Both the position numbers and the translations under genes were made by a program. The notes beneath the pieces are model-generated. The model ran no database searches, was not told the origin of the DNA, and was given only the letters and a program-made list of their open reading frames with translations. A stretch of 63,616 nucleotides of DNA, the filler included, from Globobulimina sp. (lineage: Eukaryota): assembly GCA_003354225.1 (NCBI GenBank). It is 18 parts of 18 records of this genome, joined end to end, with 100 filler letters (N's around TTAATTAATTAA, not from the genome) between each part and the next. Parts side by side here need not be neighbours in the genome. Positions count along the whole stretch, not along the records: positions 49,567 to 53,004 come from PIVH01002798.1; positions 53,105 to 56,542 come from PIVH01002799.1; positions 56,643 to 60,079 come from PIVH01002800.1; positions 60,180 to 63,616 come from PIVH01002801.1; 14 more parts are not named here. The stretch is one strand, 5' to 3'. Positions 49,791 to 60,233 of the stretch are shown piece by piece. Each line of letters starts with the position of its first letter. Position 1 is the stretch's first letter.

Positions 49791-51020
49791 TCATTTATCA
49801 GTATTTTCATTGTCATTTTCACTGTCAATTATGTCGGCAATTTGGTCTAGATCTTTTAACGAAAATTGAGCGGTACCTCTTTCCATTGGTTGCCTTTGTG
49901 TTGGAGAAGAAACCCAACTCATAAAATATATGACTTGTACAGTAGCATCAATACTTACATTATTTATATCCGTATCCGTATCCATATTCATATCCGTATT
50001 CGTATCCGGCTCCGGATCATTTGGTTCAATATTTTTATTCAAATATTGATTCAATTCGTTTCTAGTTTGATTTTCAATACTTTGCGAATCAGAATACATT
50101 GCATCATAAATTGCAGCAGCAGCAATAAACACATCCTTTGAGATTCCTTCATATCGCAAACCATTATTTGGTAATTGCGGTGCATGCTGATCTCCGCATC
50201 CATGCAAATGATTACATAAAACAAATAGATTTGGATACGGTATTTGTATTATTTCATTATCAACGGTAACCATTACAAACCCTGACTGAGATAACAAATT
50301 CCCAAAATCTGATACATTTATAGCTGGTGACACGTGTGAATTCATTCCACCTTTTCTTTCTTGGTCAGCTAATAACAGCGACGAGCGTAGTTCTTGCAAA
50401 CTTACGCCACCGCTCAATGCACCAATAAAACAGCCATCTGGCTTCGTTATACGTTGTATCTCATTAAATATGAAAGGGATATCATTGATCCATTGCAAGC
50501 TCATTCCACTCAGTACAATATCAAATGTATTATCCTCAAATGGTAATTTATTTTCCTTATTATTATCAAATGTATCAATATGGATTTTGTTACATGGAAT
50601 TAATTCTTGTTGCCAGTCTGGAATAATATCCCTATGTAATAGTTCTTTGCACGTTTCAATCTCATACAATTCTTTGATGCCAGCCGGAACTTTGTCTGTT
50701 GGATTTTGTCGGATAAAATTGATTAATGCTTTATAAAGTGAACCGGAATGACTCCCTAAATCGAGTGCTTTGGGATATAAACCATCCAAATCTAATATAC
50801 GTGAAATTAAACGAGTGGCAATCTCAGACCGAAAATAATCGTATTCATAAGAATTAGATGACAAAGACGCATGTTTTTTGTTCAAATTATGTAATGATGA
50901 ATCGAACACGGACTTAGATTCCGGTACGGTCATTGTGGATGAATTGGAATATTTGGAACAATAATATTTATTGTTATTTATAATGATTCTGGAAAGGCGT
51001 GACGTGAGAATGCGTGACAT
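49791..51020 (-). CDS. NDUFAF5: NDUFAF5-like SAM-dependent complex I assembly factor
   Basis: YDYFRSEIATRL, ALDLGS, LPFEDNTFDIVLS..LQWINDIP, KPDGCF, LQELRSSLLLADQERKGG..HVSP, QPMERGTAQFSLKDL; mitochondrial-type presequence. Confidence 0.9.
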   Translation of the reverse strand: MSRILTSRLSRIIINNNKYYCSKYSNSSTMTVPESKSVFDSSLHNLNKKHASLSSNSYEYDYFRSEIATRLISRILDLDGLYPKALDLGSHSGSLYKALINFIRQNPTDKVPAGIKELYEIETCKELLHRDIIPDWQQELIPCNKIHIDTFDNNKENKLPFEDNTFDIVLSGMSLQWINDIPFIFNEIQRITKPDGCFIGALSGGVSLQELRSSLLLADQERKGGMNSHVSPAINVSDFGNLLSQSGFVMVTVDNEIIQIPYPNLFVLCNHLHGCGDQHAPQLPNNGLRYEGISKDVFIAAAAIYDAMYSDSQSIENQTRNELNQYLNKNIEPNDPEPDTNTDMNMDTDTDINNVSIDATVQVIYFMSWVSSPTQRQPMERGTAQFSLKDLDQIADIIDSENDNENTDK

Positions 51021-51041
51021 GACCGAGAGTAGCAAAAGAAA

Positions 51042-52613
51042 ATGCTGCTTCGCACTCTATTTTATCGAACCCGCCATGTCTACAAATACTGTTCTATTTT
51101 ATATCATTACAAAAGGTCATTTGCGTTTGCATCTGAAGTTGAGTCGCAAATACTTATCATATTCGGATTGTAAATATATGTTCAAAATAAAAAGGCATCG
51201 CCATCACAACGATATAATGTATTGGTGAAATCATTTACATTGAAATATGATGAACGGCAAGCAATTGTTGCCACTAAATTGGATGAACTATATGATAGAA
51301 TGGAACATTATCAGCCACCGAAACTTCCAAACGAGCCAGACACGCAATCTTCTCAATCCATGGGCACTTTTGATTTGCCATCATCATCCAACAAAAAGCA
51401 AACACAAAACAAATCCTCAAAAGGAATTTTTAAACGTTTCTTCGGTGGCAATGAGCAAAAAGGACAGACAAACGGCAAAACAGTCACTTTGAATAACATA
51501 AACGTACCAAATGGGTTATATATTTACGGGACAACAGGTACATATAAAATACTTTATATCCTTGCACTCCCTGTTTTTAATTGCAATAATATATAATATA
51601 AACCAATAGGAACTGGAAAGACATTGCTAATGGATTTATTTTATGATAGTATCAATGTTACAAAGCATAGCAAACAAAGAGTACATTTCAATAGATTTAT
51701 GTTAGAAATCCACGATGAAATCCACCGCAACACTCAAAAATTGAAAGATTCCGGTTTATCGGCACAAGAGATGAGGAATTATGATCCCATACCAACTTTA
51801 TCATTATCCATAGCAAAGCAATCCACTGTTTTATGTTTCGATGAATTCCAAGTGACCGATATTGTCGATGCAGTACTATTGAATCGCTTATTTACGTCGT
51901 TATTTTACTATGGCATTATTTGTGTGGCCACTTCAAACAGGGAACCAAACCAATTATATTTAAATGGATTGCAAAGACAACAAGTTTTTTTACCGTTTTT
52001 AAAATTATTTACACAAAGAATGGATATAATCGATTTGAATTCAATTGATTACAGAGATCAGGGCTCAAATTTAAAAAATATCTACTTTCTTTCCACAAAT
52101 AATGAGGACATATCGTTATATGAAGAAGCATGGAACCGCATTATGATTGAAAACGGTGATAATGAAGAAAATAAAAGTATCCATGTAATGGCTGGCCGAC
52201 AGCTCAATTGTCCGAAATGTATACATTTGAAAGCAACGCGTTTTACTTTCGAACAACTATGTGCATCAAACCTCGGCTCCGCTGATTATTTGGCACTCAG
52301 CAAGTCATTCAGTACAATATTCATTGAAAAGATCCCTTTATTTGGTTTTGAAAATAGAAATGAAATGAAAAGATTCATATTATTAATTGACGAATTGTAT
52401 AATAGTAAAAACAGAGTAGTTTGTTTAGCAATTGATACACCGGATAAATTATTAAATATTGACAAGCTTGAAAAAGAAAAAAATCAAGCAATATTTGAAG
52501 ATATCTTCCAATTTGATCGTTGTTCATCACGTTTGAATGAAATGCAGTCTATTGAATACTTAGATGATTTCAAAAATTATTGGCGAGATCAAGAATCTGC
52601 ACACGTTGACTGA
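51042..52613 (+). CDS. AFG1L: AFG1/LACE1 (ZapE-like) ATPase; exons 51042-51137, 51195-51537, 51610-52613
   Basis: GLYIYGTTG|TGKTLLMDLFY, RVHFNRFM, LCFDEFQVTDIVDA, TSNREP, LGSADY, RFILLIDELY, FDRCSSRLNEM; Arg-rich presequence MLLRTLFYRTR. Confidence 0.92.
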
Positions 52614-52684
52614 ACTATATTTAAAATCATTGTCGTAAAACTATTTGTTTTTGTTGCACTCATTTAACTCAGACTCTGTACGTA

Positions 52685-53004
52685 ATGGCATCCAAAAACA
52701 CTTACACTCAAATTGCGAATGAGGATGAATCAGAAAACGAGGATGAAATAAAACAAATTGAAACGCAACAAGAAGAAAATAACACCATCACTGCAGGAAA
52801 TGTAACACAATCAACAGTCAAAACAGAACCACAAAAACTTCAAACAGCGCTAAAAACGGTAACCGATACAGCAACAACAACCGAAACAGAGATAATATAC
52901 AAAGCAAATGATAATGATGCATTGGGGCCATTGAAACCATTTGAAGTTCAAATTAAGAATGAAGATGAATCAGAAAACGAGGATGAAATAAAACAACTTG
53001 AAAC
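52685..53004 (+). CDS. Acidic hypothetical protein, 3'-partial, with an internal duplication
   Basis: QI(A/K)NEDESENEDEIKQ(I/L)E occurs twice and is near-identical at the DNA level. Confidence 0.5.
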
Positions 53005-53228
53005 NNNNNNNNNNNNNNNNNNNNNNNNNNNNNNNNNNNNNNNNNNNNTTAATTAATTAANNNNNNNNNNNNNNNNNNNNNNNNNNNNNNNNNNNNNNNN
53101 NNNNATCTGAGGAACATGAAAACGTTTCTCTTATTGTTTATTTTTTATGGTTTATGATGGAGTAATTCGTTTTTTTACAATGGATGAAACTAAAACATTC
53201 ACAGTCACATAAAGTTTAAACTTCGATA

Positions 53229-54549
53229 TCAAGCCAATAAAGATCTTGATTCCCATTTATGAGTAACATTACGTCCAGCAATACCAAATAAATTAGCAAT
53301 AGATTTATTATGTAAAATTTTAAATTTATTTGTATTTTCACGCAGATCACACCATTCGACATAACCTAATTTCCTTAACTGATCGTAACCTAATTTTCTT
53401 CCTGCAATATATACAACATTCAAGTTACAATTATCAACAAATAAACGTGAGTTCCATTCATGAAAATAGTTTGTTTCCTGTTTGCAAACAGTCCATTTAT
53501 CCTTCACAATATCAAATATTTCCAATGTTTTACACTCATCGTATCCTCCACCAACAATAAACTCCTTTCCACCACAACCATCGCAACCATCCAATGACAC
53601 ACAACTAAAATAGGATCGTTTATAATTCATATCACTCATTGAAATCATGCTTGTTTTATGCAAATTAATCATATTTACTTTATTTATCATATTCCGATTT
53701 ATATTCCTTCCGCCACACATCATCAGTACAACATCATTGTTATTCTTATTATGTATCATTGCCAAAGCAACACCAAATGTTTTCGATGATAATATTCCTG
53801 AATATCGTTTCCATTCTAACTGCAACTTATTTAAATTTAATTCATAAACATAATTTTTGCCAAATTCACATCTACCAATTGTATATATTGAATTTGTATT
53901 CTTATCCAAAATGGATGTCACACTCGTTAGTCCTTGGCCTAATGCTGCCATATTAAGATAATATCCTTCCGCTACATTGTCATGTCCATATTTATTGGCT
54001 GCGTTATATAGGACACAACTCGATGTATCTGATAAGCGCAAATTCTTTGAAAAAGCTCCACCAATTTTATAGATTATATTGTATCGACACGAACTGTTTA
54101 AGTCTTTGCAGTTTTTATTGACAATCCATGCTGGCAATGGTACATTTTGTTGCATACATTCACCATAAAACATTTTATCCCAATCTTCGTTTTGAAAAAT
54201 AGACTGACATTTACCATTTTCAATGTCAGTCAACATAAAATTAAGTCTTTGTCCAGATTTGATATTGATGCATTGGACTGAATTGAAATCCATTCGAGTG
54301 CAGCCCAAAGAACCTGTTGTAACAAACATATATAAATCCTTTTTTTTTTGTTAATAGTTATTTATTTGTAAGTAAGTACACATGATGAACAACATTAACT
54401 TGATAGTAAAAATCACAACATAATCTCTGAATGTCTACTGGAATTTCAGTTGAATTATCTGAATTGAACGTTTCTGTCCTAATATAACCAAATACAATCA
54501 GTTCATGGCGATTGTGTTGATATTTTGAAGAACCAAAACTATTTCCCAT
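53229..54549 (-). CDS. Kelch-like repeat protein with N-terminal MG start; intron 54399-54339
   Basis: MGNSFGSS; LIVFGYIR..IPVDIQRLCCDFYY; Kelch-like IYKIGG, LMMCGG, MNYKRS..FIVGGG..EIFDIVKDKW. Confidence 0.7.
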
Positions 54550-55014
54550 GTTTAAGACTTTAAGTAATCGGTGAGAATGTTTTTCCACTGCTACTCTTTT
54601 CAAATAATTTTGGCGATAATTATAATTTTACAGTGAAACACGTTCAGATTATACAACATATATAGTCAGCAAACTCGTTTTCACATTGCGTAATTGTTTG
54701 TGTTTGAGAGACTAATCAAATACTTTTCAAGTATAACATTGTATGACAACGTATTAACGCATCCGCAACAACTTGCGGACAAATAATAATAAAATAAGTA
54801 TAAGACATAATACACAGTCACACGGATAAGATATTAGGAAATTAGAATTTTAGAATATTACACTCGATTATTAATAAATATGCAAACATATTATTGTCCA
54901 TTACATAGCAAAGAACAGACATAATAATATTGCTATATCCTATATGTATACATCTACAAAGAAGATTAAAATATAATTAACATTTGATTTCCGTATTTTT
55001 CTTATAAGATTTAA

Positions 55015-56445
55015 TTAATTTCGTTTCTGTTTACCAACCAATGTCTTGATATGATGCATTAACCATTCTTGATCCCAATACGCTGTAATACCGATACGAG
55101 AGATATCGATCAATTTCAATTTCATCAAAGAGCATCCATCAATTTGTTGATTAATAATATTTGGAATAATCGCATGTTTATGTTTTAAATATCGGCCATT
55201 CTCAATCTTCAAAATCCAACAAATCACATCTTCCACACTCCATTGCTCCACATCTTCCTCATTCATATCCTGTTCTTTATCTTTCTCTTTCTTCAAATCA
55301 TCAAATTTTAAACTCTCTTCACTTACATTTAAATTTTTTAAATTTGCATATTTTGCAAATAATTCGTTATATTTGATATTTAATCGGATATTTACATTTT
55401 TTTGCTGCACAAATTCGTCAAAAATAACTGAGTGATTTGACGTTTGCAAAGCGGTCAATAATTGCTGTTGTTTCATGTATTGGTCATTCAATAATTTATT
55501 ATGAACCATCAGATTAATAATTAATTGTTCCTGTTCTGCTAATTTTGTGTTTAATAATATCCTCTCAACGCCACCGGCACTCCAATTCAATGCATAGTTT
55601 GCATTCAATGCACTCGGTATTAAAGGTATACAATTTGGCATATTTTGTATATTGTTTTGTATGCCTTTCTCCATTATTTTTGATGACGAATCATTAAGAT
55701 TTGCGTCGGATTTATTCATATTCATATTATTGGACCATTGGTAAAAATAAAACGGCCAATTTTTGAATTTGATATCTTCATTTTTAAGCAACCAATCTCT
55801 TGTAATCTCGTTGTTTAATTCGATGATAACTTTCTTATCAATCTCTGAGGGATTAAGTGGCGAACAAAAGGACTGAATGTTGCTGATATTCATCATGTTG
55901 TGGTTTTTGTCGTTGTTGTTATGACTATAAAACGAGGAATGGATCCATTCATTGAAAACACTGTCATTAATACACCAGTTTAGGTTTAAAATATGCACTA
56001 AATATTTCCGAGTATTTTTGTTATATTTGGAGGAATATGCTCTGATATTTCGACCATAGCATTTCACGATTTTGTTTTTGTTGCAAAGGGATACAAATCG
56101 GTCGGCAATTTGTCGGGAATTTGTTGTGAACATTCCAATGCGGATCCAATTAGGAATATAGATGTCATCTATGTCATCACCGAAATATTTCTGGAAAAAT
56201 TTTAATAACGCTTCAGTCTCTTTGCCCACAGAATTGGTACCACCGTCATTCCAATAACTCGGTAATGCTGCACAAGCGTAAAATTTGTCTAATTCGGTGG
56301 GCATGCAACTAATCTGTTTTATGAGTTTCGTAAACTCATCTTTGGGGGTTGTGTGGTGCCGTTTTTTCGATTTTTTGATTTTTTTTTTCTTATTGGATAG
56401 GGTGTTGGTTCGCTTATGCATTGATAATGTTGCTGCTGTTGCCAT
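55015..56445 (-). CDS. SAM-domain protein with coiled coil
   Basis: C-terminal VEQWSVEDVICWI..YLKH..QQIDGCSLMKL..DISRIGI..LMHHIKTL. Confidence 0.72.
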   Translation of the reverse strand: MATAATLSMHKRTNTLSNKKKKIKKSKKRHHTTPKDEFTKLIKQISCMPTELDKFYACAALPSYWNDGGTNSVGKETEALLKFFQKYFGDDIDDIYIPNWIRIGMFTTNSRQIADRFVSLCNKNKIVKCYGRNIRAYSSKYNKNTRKYLVHILNLNWCINDSVFNEWIHSSFYSHNNNDKNHNMMNISNIQSFCSPLNPSEIDKKVIIELNNEITRDWLLKNEDIKFKNWPFYFYQWSNNMNMNKSDANLNDSSSKIMEKGIQNNIQNMPNCIPLIPSALNANYALNWSAGGVERILLNTKLAEQEQLIINLMVHNKLLNDQYMKQQQLLTALQTSNHSVIFDEFVQQKNVNIRLNIKYNELFAKYANLKNLNVSEESLKFDDLKKEKDKEQDMNEEDVEQWSVEDVICWILKIENGRYLKHKHAIIPNIINQQIDGCSLMKLKLIDISRIGITAYWDQEWLMHHIKTLVGKQKRN

Positions 56446-56648
56446 CCTGAGATTGAGATTCGATGTTTTTGGAGTGTGTAAAACGTTTTTGGTGTGACAG
56501 AGTTTTTTTCACTTCACTTCATTTTAAAGAGTACGTAATGAANNNNNNNNNNNNNNNNNNNNNNNNNNNNNNNNNNNNNNNNNNNNTTAATTAATTAANN
56601 NNNNNNNNNNNNNNNNNNNNNNNNNNNNNNNNNNNNNNNNNNGCCTTA

Positions 56649-56699
56649 CACAAAGGCGCGCGGTCCGCGCGCAACGCGGCGGAGCCGCGTTTCTTTGGG
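56649..56699. repeat. T-shaped GC-rich hairpin core 1 (at the contig edge)
   Basis: Stem caaag/ctttg; arm gcgcgcgg-t-ccgcgcgc; arm aacgcggc-gga-gccgcgtt. Confidence 0.85.
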
Positions 56700-56789
56700 T
56701 CAGTTTAAAAGATTTTGTTTAAACTGATTTTAATGTTTCTGTTTCAAACTAGGTCTTTCTCCCAGTTTGAAACTAGAATATTTGCTCAG

Positions 56790-58573
56790 TTTCAAACTGT
56801 TTCAATATCCATACAATTTTCTATCTGCATTCGCCATACATCCAAATACCATCGCTTTGTCCATCGGATTTGAACCAAATAATGTAATAATATGTATCCT
56901 ATACTAATACTATCATACACTAATACTATCATTTACTAATACTATCATTTACTAATACTATCAGGTTCATTAAAGGCAGCTCGACCGCGGGCGCAACATC
57001 GATATGACAGGCATCGCGAGGCAGCGTTTATCTTCGACCAAGCAGAGGCGACAGAGTGTGATGAAGAAAAGCAGATAATTTTGGATGAAGAGTCTGGGAG
57101 GGATAATATTGAATCATTGGTGCAAAATATTAAACAAAAGCACAAAATGCAAGGCATTTGGGAATTATGGTACGCGAAGAGAGTAAATTTGTTGAAGGCG
57201 CAGGGGGGGAAAGAGAAAATACAGTACCCAATTATCACATTCCTTCAGATAATATGGAGTTTTTGATTATGTGGTTGGTGGCGGCATTATTAGTATTTGA
57301 ACAGGCGAGAGAATATCGCGTGTCGTTTGAAAGGGAGGGATTACTCAGCGCCGCGGTTCATCAAAGGGTTGCGCAAATATTTAATGTTTTGAGGGAGAAA
57401 TATTCGATCAGGGACTATGATCCCATTAATAAGACAATGTCACAGCGAATTTTTAAGAAATTATCCGCGGGGTGTGGGCATCAAGAAGATAAGACCCATC
57501 ACCTCAACGTCCTTTTTAATAAATTGCAGAATGATGTAAACACATTATTGGCATCAAAGAAACAACACGGAGATGATTTCACGCGGCTCACCATGAATGC
57601 CGCATCAAAGAAAATTAACCAATTGCAGCGGCGAAACGAAAAGTCCTCGAAAATGGAGGGCAATTTGGAGGCGACGGTGGCGTCATTACGGGAGATTGTG
57701 GATTTAGAAACGAAGAAATTAATGATTGAAAATAAGAAAAAGGTGGATGAGGAGAAGAGAAATATTGGCATTTTGGTTGGGCGGCAGAATAACAGTGATA
57801 TTGGTTTGTGGCGTTTTTATGCAGTATTTTGGATTAATAAATATTTCTGTGTTTGAAACTGCATTCAAACACACACATTTTAATGGTTTGAAACTGCAAA
57901 AATGCGGCAGTTTAAAATGTATCAAAGGGAGTAACAGTTTCAGTATCATTTTATTATAATAATGCAGTTTGAAACTGAAACTGTACTCTCAGCACACACC
58001 AAATCTATGAAAATACCACAAAGCGGCGCGCTGCGCGCGCCACGCCGCAAGCGGCGTCGCTTTGTGTTATATGCAGATATTTAGTTTGAAACTGAGAGTA
58101 CAGTTTCAGTTTCAAACTACATTATTATAATAAAATGATACTGAATCTGTTACTCCCTTTGATACATTTTAAACTGCTGCATTTTTGCAGTTTCAAACCA
58201 TTAAAATGTGTGTGTTTGAATGCAGTTTCAAACTCCGAAATATTTATTAATCCAAAATACTGCATAAAATGTGTGTTATGGCATTATTTTTGTTTTAGAT
58301 TTGGGGATAGGATATACATTTAATCGCAATCTCGACGAGTCAGTATTTTCGCATTCGTTGAAATATATCGATGACACTGAGGAATATGATGCAATTTCAT
58401 GGATTATTAATAACACCGATAAGATGCGCGAACGTTGTACTTTGCAACAACGCGTGAAATTTATGGAGAATGCAAATTTGAGTGAAAATAGTATCGCGGA
58501 GATGATTTTACGTGCATGTCGTCAATGGGGTGAGCAGGATAAAAATCGTGGAGATGCAACTAAAGAAAATTAA
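56790..58573 (+). CDS. Hypothetical spliced gene (coiled-coil C-terminal half), 5'-partial, with an apparent frameshift; predicted introns 56894-56964 and 57804-58298
   Basis: GT-AG joins keep the frame (VII-C-SLK; SDI-D-LGI); ORFs 57081-57266 and 57158-57856 overlap in different frames around a G7 run at 57203-57209. Confidence 0.5.
56901..56964 (+). repeat. 4 x 16-bp tandem repeat ending at a predicted splice acceptor
   Basis: atactaatactatcat / acactaatactatcat / ttactaatactatcat / ttactaatactatcag. Confidence 0.9.
57815..58269. mobile_element. Foldback element 2: 178-bp inverted arms around T-shaped GC core 2 (58017-58066)
   Basis: Arms 57815-57992 and 58092-58269 are reverse complements with ~5 mismatches; core cacaaagcg-[gcgcgc tgc gcgcgc]-c-[acgccgc aa gcggcgt]-cgctttgtg. 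The repeat is directly visible; mobility is inferred. Confidence 0.7.
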
Positions 58574-58990
58574 ATCTATTATGCAAATTTCTATTTTTTT
58601 AAAGTTTTTAAAAAATTAATAATGATACTTTTTGTATTTGTGAATGTTACCGGTGTCCTGTATTTTGTTCGCATTTCTATCATTATTTGTTTTTCTCGTT
58701 TTGAATATTTTTTTTTGTATTAGTTTGTTGTGTGACTTTGTGCTTTTTTTGGCTCGATTTATACCTATTATGTATGTAATTATTTGCTTTTTTTGTTGTT
58801 TTTATTTTTTATTTTTATATTTACGGATTCATTATGGATTTATGGCCTTTTCTCTCTTTTTTCTTTTTTTGTGATGTTAATTATGTAATTTACTTAAATT
58901 ATATACCAAATCATCTTATTTTTCTTAATAATGACTTTAGAAACGTTTCTACACAAAGTGCAAGGATAATTATTACGCAATTTCGCATTA

Positions 58991-59269
58991 AAATATTATT
59001 ACCAATTTGGCAGCATTAATAAACCCAAAAAGGGATCATTTTATGAGGTATTTGGTATTAAAACAGATGGATTAATATCAGTTTGAAAGAAATATATCCA
59101 GCCCTCACAAAGCAGCGCGCTGCGCGCGCAGCGCGCGCAGCGTGCTGCTTTGTGAGGGATTGCTACATTTCTTTCAAACTGATATTAATCCATCAGTTTT
59201 AATACCAAATACCTCATAAAATGATCCTTTTTTGGGTTTAATAATGCTGCCAAATTGGTAATAATATTT
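58991..59269. mobile_element. Foldback element 3: 103-bp inverted arms around GC core 3 (59102-59158)
   Basis: Arms 58991-59093 and 59167-59269 with ~3 mismatches; core ccctcacaaagca-[gcgcgc tgc gcgcgc]-a-[gcgcgc gca gcgtgc]-tgctttgtgaggg. Mobility is inferred. Confidence 0.7.
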
Positions 59270-59303
59270 ACAAAATCAAATCACATTCACAAATCAATCA
59301 AAT

Positions 59304-60079
59304 TTAATATCTTCGTAATGGTGCTTGATGCTTTAAAATCATTGCTAACATAAGAAATCCACACTGGATATATAAATCTAACCATTCCAGCGGATATCTC
59401 CAATGAAAAAAAATAGGAAATAATACTTTAAACCTTCCAAATAAGTTTTCAATAATAATTCTACAGCTGGACTGATAGTAATTAAATAATAACTGTTGCG
59501 GCGTTAATTGTTGGTATCCAGTATATGCTGTGAGTATTGGTGGCGGCTCAAATCTAAATATTCTATCTCCAACAATAAAATGTCCGTTTAATATCAAAAC
59601 ATCCAAATTTGCATATCCTACAATCCGATGCCATATAGTTCCATCTGGAATACGCCCCGCCATCGGCGCAGTACATAAACATGGTTGTCCAAATCCATTG
59701 CACATAACACCAACGCCAATGTTATGTTCATGGTGATGACCATCAAAATAATCACGCTGATTAACGCGTGGTTTGCGGATTTTAATTTTCATGATGTCCA
59801 ATGCATAAATAGTGGTTGGGAAATGCTCCCGAAATACTCCACCACCGAGCCATTCATTATATTCACGCGTGCCAGGTATCGCTAAATGTATATATTTTGA
59901 ATAATGTGTTTTAATTAATATCTCTGCTATGAATTTGCAATCTTTGTTGATGGTTTGTCTGCTTTGCCCGAATATTAATGTTAAAACTGATGTTTGAAAT
60001 CCTGAATATCGCATACAAAATCGAACCAATCTTAAATACTTTGATATTGCCTTACGACGGTGCCTTTGATGCACCCCAT
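59304..60079 (-). mobile_element. PIF/Harbinger (DDE_Tnp_4, HARBI1-like) transposase, 5'-partial
   Basis: HTH-like LIFGQSRQTINK; YALD; YFDGHHHEHN; GRIPD; IVGD; FNYYQSSCRIIIENLFGRFK. Confidence 0.88.
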
Positions 60080-60233
60080 NNNNNNNNNNNNNNNNNNNNN
60101 NNNNNNNNNNNNNNNNNNNNNNNTTAATTAATTAANNNNNNNNNNNNNNNNNNNNNNNNNNNNNNNNNNNNNNNNNNNNCATGAGTGAATTCAATTAATT
60201 TCCTTTCTTATATCAAAATCAATTAAAATAAGC

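Noticed and set aside
57719-58323. Near-identical short ORFs on opposite strands (57719-57949 minus, 58135-58323 plus)
   Set aside because: They are by-products of the inverted repeat inside a predicted intron.
56643-59269. Endogenous parvovirus or Helitron as the source of the T-hairpins
   Set aside because: No HUH Rep, SF3/SF1 helicase or capsid ORF is visible on the contig; the resemblance is structural only.
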